A DNA stretch of 63,698 bases, counting the filler. It is 3 parts of 3 records of this genome, joined end to end, with 100 filler letters (N's around TTAATTAATTAA, not from the genome) between each part and the next. Parts side by side here need not be neighbours in the genome. Positions count along the whole stretch, not along the records: positions 19,680 to 38,740 come from SRR20825019_596; 2 more parts are not named here. One strand, given 5' to 3'. The position numbers were made by a program, and so were the translations under genes. The notes beneath the pieces are model-generated. The model saw nothing but the letters and a program-made list of their open reading frames with translations. It searched no databases and was not told the origin of the DNA. How positions within the stretch are numbered: the stretch's first letter is position 1; every line of letters begins with the position of its first letter. Of the stretch, positions 22,667 through 34,252 are shown one piece after another.

Positions 22667-25600
22667 ATGAACTCATCCCCGAAGCACTACCGTCGTAGCA
22701 GTTCAGGTGTCCCGTCCGCCTTGAAGGCGAAGAATAGAGAAAGGCCCTTGAGTTCTAGTTCAATCCGAGTTGACGTGACAACAGGGCGGAGGGTGAGACT
22801 GCACTGAGTCACTATGCCGTTAAGAAACTGGTCTGACTCTTTGGATATTACAGTCATCGAGGCGCAAGGTCGAGAAAGGCGAAGATGGGGACGGAACAGC
22901 ACCTGGCAATAAGTTGGAAGGGAAGACCGCAGCCGCGAGTCTGCTTCAGGCCAAGTCGGGGAGCCTTCGTAACCTCGTTTTGAATGAAATGAACGAACGG
23001 TAGGAGACAATGGAGCCGTCTTCAGAAGTGGAGCTCACTGACCGACGCATTTCAGATCCATTGCATTGGCCAAGATCAACATGATTGAAAGCAAAGTGAC
23101 CAACAACGACTTTATGTCATCGATCAACAAGAAGTGGAGGTCCACTCTGTCGGAGGTTGAGAAGGAGGTTCTTATGCGAGGAAGCTCAAAAAAGGAAAGG
23201 CCGACCATTCGTGAATCCCTCCTTCAATTTTGACACATTTCATTGTCACAGAACGCCGAACCCGACGAAATTGAGGTGCAGCGGGTACTCCGTGAAAGGC
23301 GGCTGGCACGACAGGCACTTGTGCCCAGCAAGGACGCCCAAGAGTCAGTCACTCCACGCGAGTTGCAGCGGCGTCTATCCCAGGTTTGTGAACGGTTTTG
23401 TCGAGGGTTGGATGATGTAGTAGAGGCATTCTGATACTGAAATGGACTCAGGTGGCAGCGCCCGCAGAGGAAATTAACAAAGCCCTTGAGGAGAGACACA
23501 AGAGTTAGTTATAGTGCACGACGTGACCGCGATGAAATCTGACCCCTTGGTCGCAGGTGTTAAGGAGCGTATGAAAGATGATGGACCTGCCAGAGAGCCG
23601 ACGTTGAATGTAGACTTAACAACTCTGCAAGACCTGGATGTCGATAACTACAAGTCAATTATCAAAGTCTTTAATCATCATGCCAATGCGGAGGGTAATA
23701 TTATGTAGGAGGTGTGAATCCAGCGTGCTGATGGTGCTGCAGGAGAGATGGATGTCGATACATTCATCGAGGTATTTTCTCCAAGGTTTGGTCTCCCGGA
23801 ACACGAGTTACGCATCTGGTTTTCACAAGCGGATCCTACGAACCGAGGAAAACTCAGAGCCAATGAATTCCTGTCGTTCGTCGTGAGCCGATACCACGCC
23901 TTGGTTAATCGTCAAACTGTGATTGGCCAGTTTATGTTCAAGCCTCCGGTCGAACTGATAGGATCCCAGCGTCGAACTCGCAATTTGTTCAACCGTATCC
24001 TCCATGTTCCTGAATTGGACTTATACGCCACTTCTTCCATTGATAGAGCCGTTTCCCTATATAGCGCTAAGAGAATTGCAAAGCTCAACAATTTGCCAGG
24101 GGCAGAGTTTGGGCACAAGGTGCCCTGTCTGTTTCGTGAAGAGATGCTGCGAATGGGTACTGTAACTACAGAAAAGGATATCATTTATGGAAAGAATCCA
24201 TGGGAGAAGGAGCAGGTTTGCATTCATGTAGTTATAGTACGTGGTGATGCTGATAGGGTTCTCAGGCACTCTTTGGAAATAAGATCTATGGGACGGACAT
24301 GGTCTACCTTGGAGATAGAACTCTCGCCGTGAGCAGCATCGACAAGTCCATCACCATGTACAAATTGACTAGCCGCCGAATTAGCGTGCTTAACGACGAC
24401 TTGGCCTGGGATGCAAAGGAGTGCGGGTGGTTCACTGTTAGCGATGTTCCTCGCTGCATGAGTATAGGGAATTCAAGCTTGTTTGCTGGGTCCAGTACCT
24501 TGGTTGGCTGCGCGGGTGGATCCGTGCGGCTGTACGATATGGAAAATCACTGCGAGGTGGCGAGGCACGAGTTCCACAAGGATTCTATTACGAAGGTATT
24601 GACTTCCTCCTCCCTCATTTGAATTGCTCACCCGGCTTCAGGTTGCATTTTACGAAGGGGTCGGCTTGTGTGCTTCAGATGAGAGCGGTGTCATATCCAT
24701 GTATCATAGAGCAAACTGGACACCGCTGTGGAGAGGTGGATTTTGAAACTCCTATTCGTGCGATTTGTCGTCTAACGCTGTTTGGTGTTTTTGCAGGTCT
24801 TGCGCATTCAGGCGTAATCTATGACCATGATTATTCTGAAAAGTATCGCTTTATCGCCACTGCTGGTTCTGATAGAGTTGTTCATCTATGGAATCCTTAT
24901 TCCCAGATGCGCGCAGTGCCCTTTGCATCTCTTCATCATCCGAAAGAACCGGTAATGAAAGTTATTATCAATGAGGACAACAACCAAATCATTACGTGTA
25001 CCTTCAAGAAGGTCGTTCGGTAGGCGGCCCTCCCTCCGAGCTCATTTTGGGATCTGACTTGGCTTCATAGAATTTTTGACTGCCGCAACATGAGGTGCTT
25101 CCAAGTATTACGCGACGAATCCATCACGGTTCAGGGCGACGAATTTGCAGATGCCATCTACGATTCTAATAATCAGAGGCTGGTTACGGTGGGAGCCAAG
25201 TTGTTGACTTGGGACTTGGATCTTGCTTCAGGCCAAGAGCAGGTACGACAACAACTATTGAAACAATGCTTCTATATTTAGAATCTAATCTTTGAAATAT
25301 CCAGTCAACACAAGACGCCTATGTTGTACCCCATAAGACTGAAGTTGTGGGTGTTCATTTCTCCGAAGAGTTCAAACAGATCATCTCCATATCGGAGGAT
25401 GGGGATGTGCGACTGTGGGACCCGGACAGCGGCAAGGAGATATTCTACTTTGTCGCAAAACACGATGGTGTTATTACTGCGACCACCTTGGATCATGCTG
25501 GGCGGCGCCTTTATACGAGTGGCCATTATGGCAAGGTCAAGCTGTGGAACTTTAATAATGGAGAGTTGTTGGCCACATTTACCGCTCAGCTGGGATCTGA

Positions 25601-27071
25601 AATTGTGAAGGTTTCTGCTATGCGTCCTGGTAGGAGGTTCATGATTATAATCTAGTCGCAGTACTAATGTGATGCCTAGGATTGTTGGCCAGTGTCTTGT
25701 TCTGTGGATGGTGCACTGAAGGTGGTGGCCTCCCGCCTGATGATGCTCCAGCGCACGCCCCAAAGAAAATATTCCGGACGCTTGAGCCTGAGAAAGAAAG
25801 GACCGAGGTTAATTTGATAATGGCTGTTGACGACAAAGTTTTCATGACCGCAACAAATGGAGCTATGTGCATGTTTGATGGACGCACGGGCAAAATAGAG
25901 AGCCAGGTGTATGCCCCTAAGGTAACGTCCTTCCACGAAGGAATAGTCGATTGGCTGACGAATAGTGTTGGTAGGATGCTCATAGCGACGATGGTCGCAC
26001 TCTGACGCCGTCTGCCGCTGCATATTTGAAGGAGTTCTTGCTTCTCGCCATCATGTTCGATGACGGAAGTGTCGGCTTGTACTGGAAGAATGGCCTTCTC
26101 TCCTTCAACGAGGGGGAGCTGACGAGTCCCGTCAAATCCTCTGGTCATTTAGCGGCGGACAAGAGGGAAGATAATTTGATGGGTGTCTACGAAAACGGAT
26201 GCGTTATTTTGTGGTATGCTGTATTGTGACATGCAGCGCTCAAACCATCTAACTCGGGGTTAGGTCTCTCATGCCGCTTGTATCCACAAAGTCACTAGTC
26301 AGGATGCGATTTTTCATTTCACCGAATCACTCTTTTACATCGCTTTGTTGGATAGAGTATTTGGATGTGTTTGCCGTTGGTAATAGCACGGGAGAAGTCC
26401 TGCTGTATACTATAGGCGGCACGTTGGCAGCAAAGCTCCGTCAACAAGACTGGCCGAACTTCGATACCATAAGGCGTCAGTCGGGATGCGTCGATGGCGG
26501 CGACGACAGCTCTATTGGCAGCTTCAGCGACGAAGAGGACACAAACTACGGGAAGAAGTTCCGGCAGGCCTCCAGAGCAGTGATGGGAATCGTTCGTATG
26601 GAAATGAACGCGTTCAGCAGAATGAAACCTGAGGACAAAATCAGGAAGTCCCTCACAAAGAGAGCAAGTATTGTTTCGGTAAGGCTTGTACTTGAATGCA
26701 AAGATATTGGCATTCACTCAGTCTCCACAGAACAAAATGCGGGCACGGGCCAAGAGCCTTTCACCGGACCCTAACAACCCTATCCCGTTCGCGGACGAAT
26801 CCTCACCCATCTTTGCGGAGCCGAGCTTGGAGGACTATGGAATGCAGGAGGCAAGGGCGATGGTTAACCCTTATGCCGCTCTAATCACTAACTTGATGTG
26901 ACTCAGGTGTACCAAGCTCCTCCCCCCACACCAGGATTCCTGGAAGGGACAAGTGGCGGCAAGACGATCCGAGTTTTTGACGAAAGTTTTCTCCGCGATG
27001 AGGACCGCAGACAACGAGGAAAGCTCGACGCTGCCTTGCGGGCTAAAGGCTACCTTTCAGACGACGACTAA
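22667..27071 (+). CDS. EF-hand-like + WD40 repeat protein (WDR49/WDR64/EFCAB8-like), multi-exon
   Basis: WFSQADPTNRGKLRANEFLSFV EF-hand-like segment; WD repeats (IATAGSDRVVHLWN, ISISEDGDVRLWD, LYTSGHYGKVKLWN); many short GT-AG introns. Not every junction was resolved. Confidence 0.65.
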
Positions 27072-27147
27072 CTTCAGCAGAACCTTGAACGGGATGCGGC
27101 AGGGATGTGTCCGCATCGGCCGGCAATTTAATAATGGAAGGGCACAT

Positions 27148-28793
27148 TCAGAGCCTGCTCTGAGGGGTAGGCCTGCGATATGCAGTGACGACTGCCGCCC
27201 CCCCAATGCCAAAGTTATGCTGCAATCCCACCTTGGCACCCTCTACTTGCCGCTTTCCAGCCTCGCCCCGGAGCTGCGTGACGAGCTCGTGGCACTGGCC
27301 CAAACCCGTCGCTCCAATAGGATGGCCTGGCATTAGATTAAAACCAGCTTGCACTGCACATGGCTATACACTGTACCCTTGGAAAGCAAACCACCTGATG
27401 CGTTCACGACCCATCTGTCACCTAGATAGCACAAATCGCCCCCTTTCCAACAAGTTAGCTATGCGCAACGGCTTGAGATCGTATCTCCACACACCTTTGC
27501 TGTTACGCTTCCACTTGGCGGTTTCGACAAGCTTCCCACCATCTCCACGCGGGCACAGTCCCATGGCCTCGTACATCATCAACTCATTCGCACTGAAGCA
27601 GTCGTGCACCTCCAGAACGTCAACATCCCTGGGCGAGATACCGCTCTCAGCAAAGACCTTCTTCGCGGCCTCCTCGGCCATCTCAGCACCAGCCTTTTCA
27701 TTGACGAACTCGTCAGTCCGGATCCATGAAGATGAATGAAGTACACCTACCAAAGCTCTGAAGCTTCTCCCTTCAAACGATGACGGGAGGTCAGTCACCA
27801 TAGCCTGGCCAGCGATCTCAACCGCTCGATCCATGAGATTGTTCTTAACAACATATTCATGAGAACAGACGATAGCACAGGCCGACCCATCAGCTGTGGG
27901 GCAAGACTCAAACCGTGTGATCGGCTCAATGATTGACTTGCCATTCTTAATTGAGTCCATATCAAACTCCTTCTGGATCTGTACTAAATTTAGAACACAA
28001 GATGAGTTATAGATTCTGCATTCGAAATTATACCTGCGCGTTGGGGTTGTTAACAGAGTGCTTATGGTTCTTGTATGCAATGGCTTGGAAATGGTCCTTC
28101 TTGCTTCCATACTTTTCCATATGCTCTTGAGCCGCGTACGCAAAAAGCTGCACCGCCCATCGCACTCAGATGTGACATTTTGACAAGTATGATGCCTCGC
28201 AAACTACATACCTTCACAATGTTCTCGGTAAAATCATTGTTACCGGGCATGAGTTTGGTGCGGCTGGCACCTTGCTGGAACATCTGCTCGAAGTGGCGGT
28301 GGGTTGGCGGCTCACGGTCATCGTACTTCTGGGTAAGTCCACGCTCCATTTTCTCGAACCCCAGAGCCATGACGCAGTTGGCGCCTCCAGCGACCATTTT
28401 CCTATGCATCGTGTTAGCACACTGGTACATCCAGAGAGCCCTATGAAGAATCACCTTGCAAGGAAAAGTGCAGTGGAACCTGTAGAGCAGTTGTTGTTCA
28501 CATTGACAACAGGAATGCCGGTAAGGCCGAGTTCATATACTGCGCGCTGGCCACAAGTAGGGTCACCATAGCAGTACCCGGCGGCGGCAAACTCAACATC
28601 AGAATACGGAACTCCGGCGTCCTTGAGGGCTTTCTGACCGGCCTCTCTCGCCATATCGTAGTACTGCCAGTCACGGGCGAGTGGCCGTTCAAACCTATAT
28701 GAACGTTGCGAGTGAGTAGACGGGCTAAGCCATACGTTCTTTTGATACCTACTTGGTCATACCAACTCCAATAACATAAACTTTCTTGGACAT
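27148..28793 (-). CDS. SCP2/SCPx-type thiolase without a fused SCP2 domain, C-terminal PTS1 (SRL), multi-exon
   Basis: [15 protein letters not shown] start; [33 protein letters not shown] and LQHNFGIGG motifs; ends PTPQSRL-stop. Confidence 0.9.
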
Positions 28794-29602
28794 TTCTCCG
28801 TCACTACTCACTAACGCTAATATGGGGTCACTGCTTTAGCTTCCCACGAGAGGAAGGAGCATATAAATTTGCAATAAATATGGTTGTCTCGAAGCAACCC
28901 GCTGGGCCGCCGCGGCCCTCACTTGCGGGCGACTGCTCCGAGGGGCGGCCCCATCGCGGCCGGGGGCCGCGGGGCCGGCGCCCGCCCGGGCCGGGCGCGG
29001 CGCACTGCCAGGGCCGGCCCCGTTCGGTCAGTCCGGTCAGCGTGACGCGACACGGTGCCGCCGGCCCGGGGCGGCCGGGCCCGGCGCCCCGGGCCGCCGC
29101 CGCCGCCCGGGCCGCCAACGGGCCCCGCCGGCCCAGCCGGCACTCACTCAGGCCTTAGTTCGAAGGCCGCCGGATGACTGCTCAGCCGGCGAGCGGGAGG
29201 AACCGGCGCCGCCCGCGCCGCCGCCGCGGCCGGGCCGGGTGCGTCGGTGCGGCCCACTCGGCGGGACTGAAGTTCGCTTGTGTTTCAGTGAACGGAAGTT
29301 GCTTCAGTCCGACTAGAGTCAGAACGGCGGAAACCGTACTGCTGAGGGTCACCTTCGGCGTTGATGTCGCGCCCTGGCAGCAGGATTCCGTGAAGTTCAC
29401 TGAGGAGTCTCTCCGGGGCTGCTGGCGCCGGGCTCACCCCAGCCTCCACTCCCGGCTCCGGGTCAGAGCAGGCAGAGTCGGACCCGAGCACCATCGAACC
29501 CCCATCCACGTTCCCATTCTTGAGAACACACAGAGGAACCGCTTCACATATATTTAGAAAGAAAGGAGGCTTTCATGTGGTTGCCATATCCAACGGAACA
29601 GC

Positions 29603-29968
29603 ATGGAAGGGAAGAGTGCGGCTCAGCGCGAACTCCTTGACGAGGATACTAACGTTCCGCGGTACTGTTGTACCTGTGGTGTATGGTATGGTGACAGCCC
29701 CGACCATCCACCGCCGCCTCTCTTCACGGCTCTGCTGTGCCTGTGGTGTGGGTGGCCGCGGTGCGGATGGATGGAGCAGACGGACTCTGATGTGACCGAG
29801 AGCGGTCAGTGCTGCCTGGTGCCCGCTGGCGTCGCATGCCCGTGCGTCTGCCCGCTTTTTTGGCCGGTGTATCTCCTGGTGTGGCTCCTCTCCCTAGCCT
29901 TTCCGAGGCGCTTTCTGTCCGGCCCGCCACTACCTTTTCATAACGGCGACTTCTCCGGACATCCATGA
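29603..29968 (+). CDS. Small cysteine-rich membrane protein, 121 aa, unknown function
   Basis: ATG ORF downstream of a GC-rich island; Cys clusters (CCTC, CCLVPAGVACPCVC) next to the hydrophobic stretch LFWPVYLLVWLLSLAF. Confidence 0.45.
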   Translation: MEGKSAAQRELLDEDTNVPRYCCTCGVWYGDSPDHPPPPLFTALLCLWCGWPRCGWMEQTDSDVTESGQCCLVPAGVACPCVCPLFWPVYLLVWLLSLAFPRRFLSGPPLPFHNGDFSGHP

Positions 29969-30011
29969 CGCATTTGGTTGCAAGTCAGCAGTTAAGGCAA
30001 GAGGCTACAGT

Positions 30012-30956
30012 TTACATAGGGTAACTTGTTGTGTTTGATGCGACTATGTTGAGGAGCATCTGAGCAGGCATATAAGAGAGATGGACCGCCGTGTCCCCCT
30101 TGATCTCAAAACGAGACTCGTTAATGAACTTAACGAGACACGCGTCATTTTCATCTATCTCCGGAATCAGAAACCAATCACTGCCTGCCACAGCTGAAAA
30201 AAAAACTCACCAAGCAACTCATTGAGAGTGACGGTTTTCTTGTACCAAGCCCCTTCGGTTCCCATCCCTTGTAGTTCCACATCCCAAGGACATCCACAAA
30301 GCGCCGCATACTGAACAACAACAACATTAATACATTAACCGAGCCACCAACAAGCCCCACTCCTCGAGTACCTGGCGTTTTGTGATGTTCGGCAACTCGA
30401 CCCTGCACACCCCCGGTGTCTGCCCCGTAGCTAAGCAAAGATTCTGCTCCATCATTTTCCTGAGAACCTTGCGTACAGGTCGCATGGAATCGTCCTCTAC
30501 AGAGGTGTCACTATCGCCCCGAGATCTCTTCCTCTGCCTAAGTCCATCTGTGTTCTCTTTGTTTCCCTCGTCTTCCCTTTCCCTCTTCTTTTGAGCGCGT
30601 TTTTCCCTTTGCAAAACCTTTTTCTGATACCCTTCCTCTCCGTACTTGCGAATAGCCGCAGCCAGTAAGTCGGAGTTTCTATCCACAAATGAGCATTTGT
30701 GACAAGAAAACACCTACACACTCACAAATAGAAACAAGACCCTCGGCCACAACCAAATGCGGAGGGCGTGCGGACGTGCGGAAGACCACGCAAGTCATCA
30801 GTATTTAGAAAATATTCCTGTGCCTCGTAAGAAAAGATAATCGCAGCACCTAGCCAACTCCTGCTGCGTACTCACCTTTTTAGCCTCAACAGACGAGGGC
30901 GATAGATTATAATGTTCCAACCTCACCCTAGGGAACCTGTCCTCAGGAATGTTCAT
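30012..30956 (-). CDS. Multi-exon hypothetical protein with an XPA C-terminal-like segment
   Basis: Spliced segment AQEYFLNTDDLRGLPH...FYLNSDLLAAAIRKYGEEGYQKK resembles the XPA_C-like pattern. GT-AG introns restore the frame. The 5' end may extend toward ~31240. Confidence 0.45.
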
Positions 30957-32059
30957 GTAAAGAACACCATCCCTACGAAAGCAGTGCGGCATGTTCAAGA
31001 CAAGCGCTTACACCAATATCCTGTCTTTGTCTCAGTATAGCAGATTTTAATAATACTCAAAGATCAGATATTTTTAATTTACCCTTTCACTTCCCTGACC
31101 TTGTTGGGAGAGTGTCGTACCTGGCACCCCTTGCGAAAGTCAGAGGCTTCGGTATGGTGGCATCAGCAGTACGGTTGCGATCCTGTATCGTCCGCGAGAT
31201 CTTGTGAAGTGCGTCTCACAGTGGCCGTTGGTTTTGGGATCCATGATTTGAGGGCCGGTGCCGGCCACGGGGGCAGTGGACACCCTCACGGATCCGGTCG
31301 GCCAAGGATATTTTGCCTAGATACAGCTCCGGGGCATGGTGGAGAACCAGTCCACCTGGCCCCGTCCGTCGGCCGGTCGGTCACGAACGCGCCTCGCCTG
31401 CCGGCCAGCGAGCCCTCATCACTCATCAGTGGGTCCCTTGACAAAGTGTGATTTACTGATTCGTCATTTTGCAATTTCAAACACCACTGCTCACTTCACA
31501 GGCCTTGACAGTGTGCTCTGATCAGACAAATTTGATCAGACGGTGGTCGACTCGGCGTGTCAGGCAGTGAGTGATGAGTGTCGGCCACCGTACTCATGAA
31601 CCGGGCAGCTTGCTCCCGCACCGGCATCTTGCTTTGTTGAGCGTCGAACATCAAAACATCCCAACACGAAATCTTCTCTTCTATTCTAATCTTCCATATG
31701 GAAATCATAATTCCGATATATTGAAACCCTCCGTTTCAAACCCGTAGACTGGGGCCGGCGGCATGGCCAGTCACGGGCTGGCCCGGCCGCCCGGGGCCGG
31801 GGCGGGCGCCGACGAGTGAGACTGGCCGTCCGGGAGGGCCTCCGGGCATGACCCGGCCCGGCCCCTGGTCCACTGACGGAGCAAGACCGACGGGGATGGG
31901 GCCGGCAGTCCGCTGCCGCTACGGGCACCAGATGGGTCTCAGGCCGGGCCGACAATCCACCCCCCCTTAGCCATCCCGCTGACGCCAACAGCCTGACGCG
32001 ATTGTCGCATCAAGTTTTTATTTATATCTTTTTCTTGTAGTCCAGAGAACGGGCGGAAT

Positions 32060-33716
32060 ATGAACAGAGGGAGAGCAGGATCAACAAGTAAGGTCAAGGC
32101 ACCTGCACGCTCGCGGTCTTCCTTGGGTCAAGTGGAACCCTCCAAGGCCAATACTCGGCCCATCGTGTCTCGAGGTGGCCTTCGCGGAGACAAGCTCAAG
32201 CCGGTTTCAAACACAAAGAAGTCTCTTGGCATGGGGGGAGCTCACACTTCCAAGGAGAACAGGCACGGTCCAAGCTCAAGCAGTGCAAGCAAGGGCACCA
32301 CTTACAATTTTACTGAGGGACAGGTTTTTAACAACAAGTCCTTGCTGCGTATTTCACGTTGACAAATGTAGCAGAAGGGAGTTGTGGACTCTTTAGTCAA
32401 TGATGAGTTCTTTCGAAACGCATTTGCTGTGGACAAAAGTGTGAAGCTGCATAGAGGACCAGAAATCAAAGGTTGGTTTTCAAGCGGAAAGTTTGGCAAA
32501 GTTGGCTATTTTGACGGGATTGAGTCTCGCAGGTATTGTCAAAAGTGGGGAAGAACCGTATGCAGCAAGCACAGACGATGGCGATCGGGACGATGGCGCT
32601 ACAAAGGCCAAAAAATCAACGACGAACTTTATGAATGCGCGCCTGTCAACTCCCCAAGAAAAACTTAGTTGGTTGTCGGAGCGACCGAAAGTGGTCCCTA
32701 AGGTTCCCAAGCCCAAAAAGAAAAGCAAGGAAAAACAGCTGCCTCGTGGTGAGGGTATTGTTTTTTTGTTCGTCTTACTTCGGCTGAATAGTTGCTAGTT
32801 GATGTCGACGAATTGGTTGCTCAATATAAGAGCAAGACCTTGAAGCCACCACAGACGGCACCAGTGATGCCTGCCCAGTTGGCCAAGCAGTTGAATGGGG
32901 AATCGGATGCGATCAAGCCGTCGCCTTTCCGCGATGCCCCGATCGCGCTTCGACTGATGTGCGAGAGCCCAATCAATGTGATGAATATGGAAACAGACGA
33001 TTTCGAGTGTAACATATGTTTTGAGCTCTTGGCAGAGCCAGGTAAGCTAACCTGCCGATCAGCCAGAGGTGGGATTCTGACTGCCATACCATAGTCACTG
33101 TGGTTTGTGGGCATTCGTTTTGTAGGCAGTGTGTGGCAGTTGCTTCAACCCTCGATGAAGCTCGTTGCCCAGTGTGCAGTTCCATACTTCCTCGCGTCCA
33201 GCCAGTCGTCAACTCTTTCATGGCATCCACGATTGAAAAGAAGTTTCCGTATGAGTATAAGAGGAGATGCACCGACTTATCTTCAAATCCTATTGTAATA
33301 GACTCTCACCGCAAGACCGTAGAAGCTGCCTTGAGTGCCGGGTCATCTTTTATATTTTAGTGTTGGTGGCTGCACCCTTGGTACTGAAATACACGGGTTC
33401 AGATTGAGCAGCGTTTGTCTCTAGAACCCATCGCCACTGAAGCTAGGCCTCATATACACTGGCATGTTTTCGATCATAGAACGGTGTTTACTCAAGCCGG
33501 AATCGTCAGCATTTTACGAGTCTGACAATCGAATAAATGTGACCCCTTCTCCTGAAGGTCATCTTGCTATTTCTTGGAAGTGATGCCGTCTTGAAGGAGC
33601 CTGGTCTAGTCTGTTCCACTTCCTCTCTTTCAAATTCTAGCTCAGCTCTGTGGCATCCGGGATCGTCTCTCAAGAATGCCTCCGTCATCCAGGACTCGGC
33701 TGGATCAATTCACTAA
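32060..33716 (+). CDS. C3HC4 RING-finger protein, multi-exon
   Basis: Spliced CNICFELLAEP|VTVVCGHSFCRQC...CPVC followed by IEKKFP; basic low-complexity N-terminus. The 3' end is tentative. Confidence 0.7.
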
Positions 33717-34252
33717 TTGTGCCGTGTGAAACGGGGCCAACCGGCAGTGCCAGTGGCGTAGGGCTGATCAGGTGACGGATGCCAAGTGACTCCGGCGCCA
33801 CTCGGGGCCTTAGGTGGCCGGGCCGCCCCGGCCCGCCCGGCGCCCCGGCCGGGCCGCCGCCGGGGACCGGCCCGCCGTGGGCGGTGATCCCGGCGCCGCC
33901 GCGCCGCCGCGCGGCCAGAGGCCGGAGGCCCGGAGCTTGGTGAGAGGACCAGACTGACCCGGCTGGCTCGGCTGGGCGCCGGCGAGGCCCGCCGCGCTCG
34001 GGCTCACCGGGAAATTCAGGCGGTAGTGCCGTCGTGGCTCGCAAACGCCGGATGGCGACTGGTCGGAGCCGTCTTGTGGCCTGGAAGTCATAGGGAGCCG
34101 GTCTAGCCTACCTACACCGGTGAAGAGTTGCGGGGAAAGCTTAAATATGAAGTCACCCACACCGCCGGAGAACTCACAGAACTTTTAACTGACAAATAGA
34201 ATGACTTCCTTTCTAGAGTTTGTCTCGTTGTACACATAGGGAGTTGTCCGTG

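Noticed and set aside
22667-28793. Fragmented ORFs read as pseudogenes or a reassigned genetic code
   Set aside because: The breaks I traced are explained by short GT-AG introns that restore the frame. One junction near 23170-23251 stayed ambiguous but has GT alternatives.
28828-29557. Arg/Pro/Gly-rich ORFs in the GC-rich islands (also 443-957, 21828-22550, 31686-31988, 33685-34160)
   Set aside because: Artefacts of extreme GC content; open in several frames, with composition unlike the real genes.
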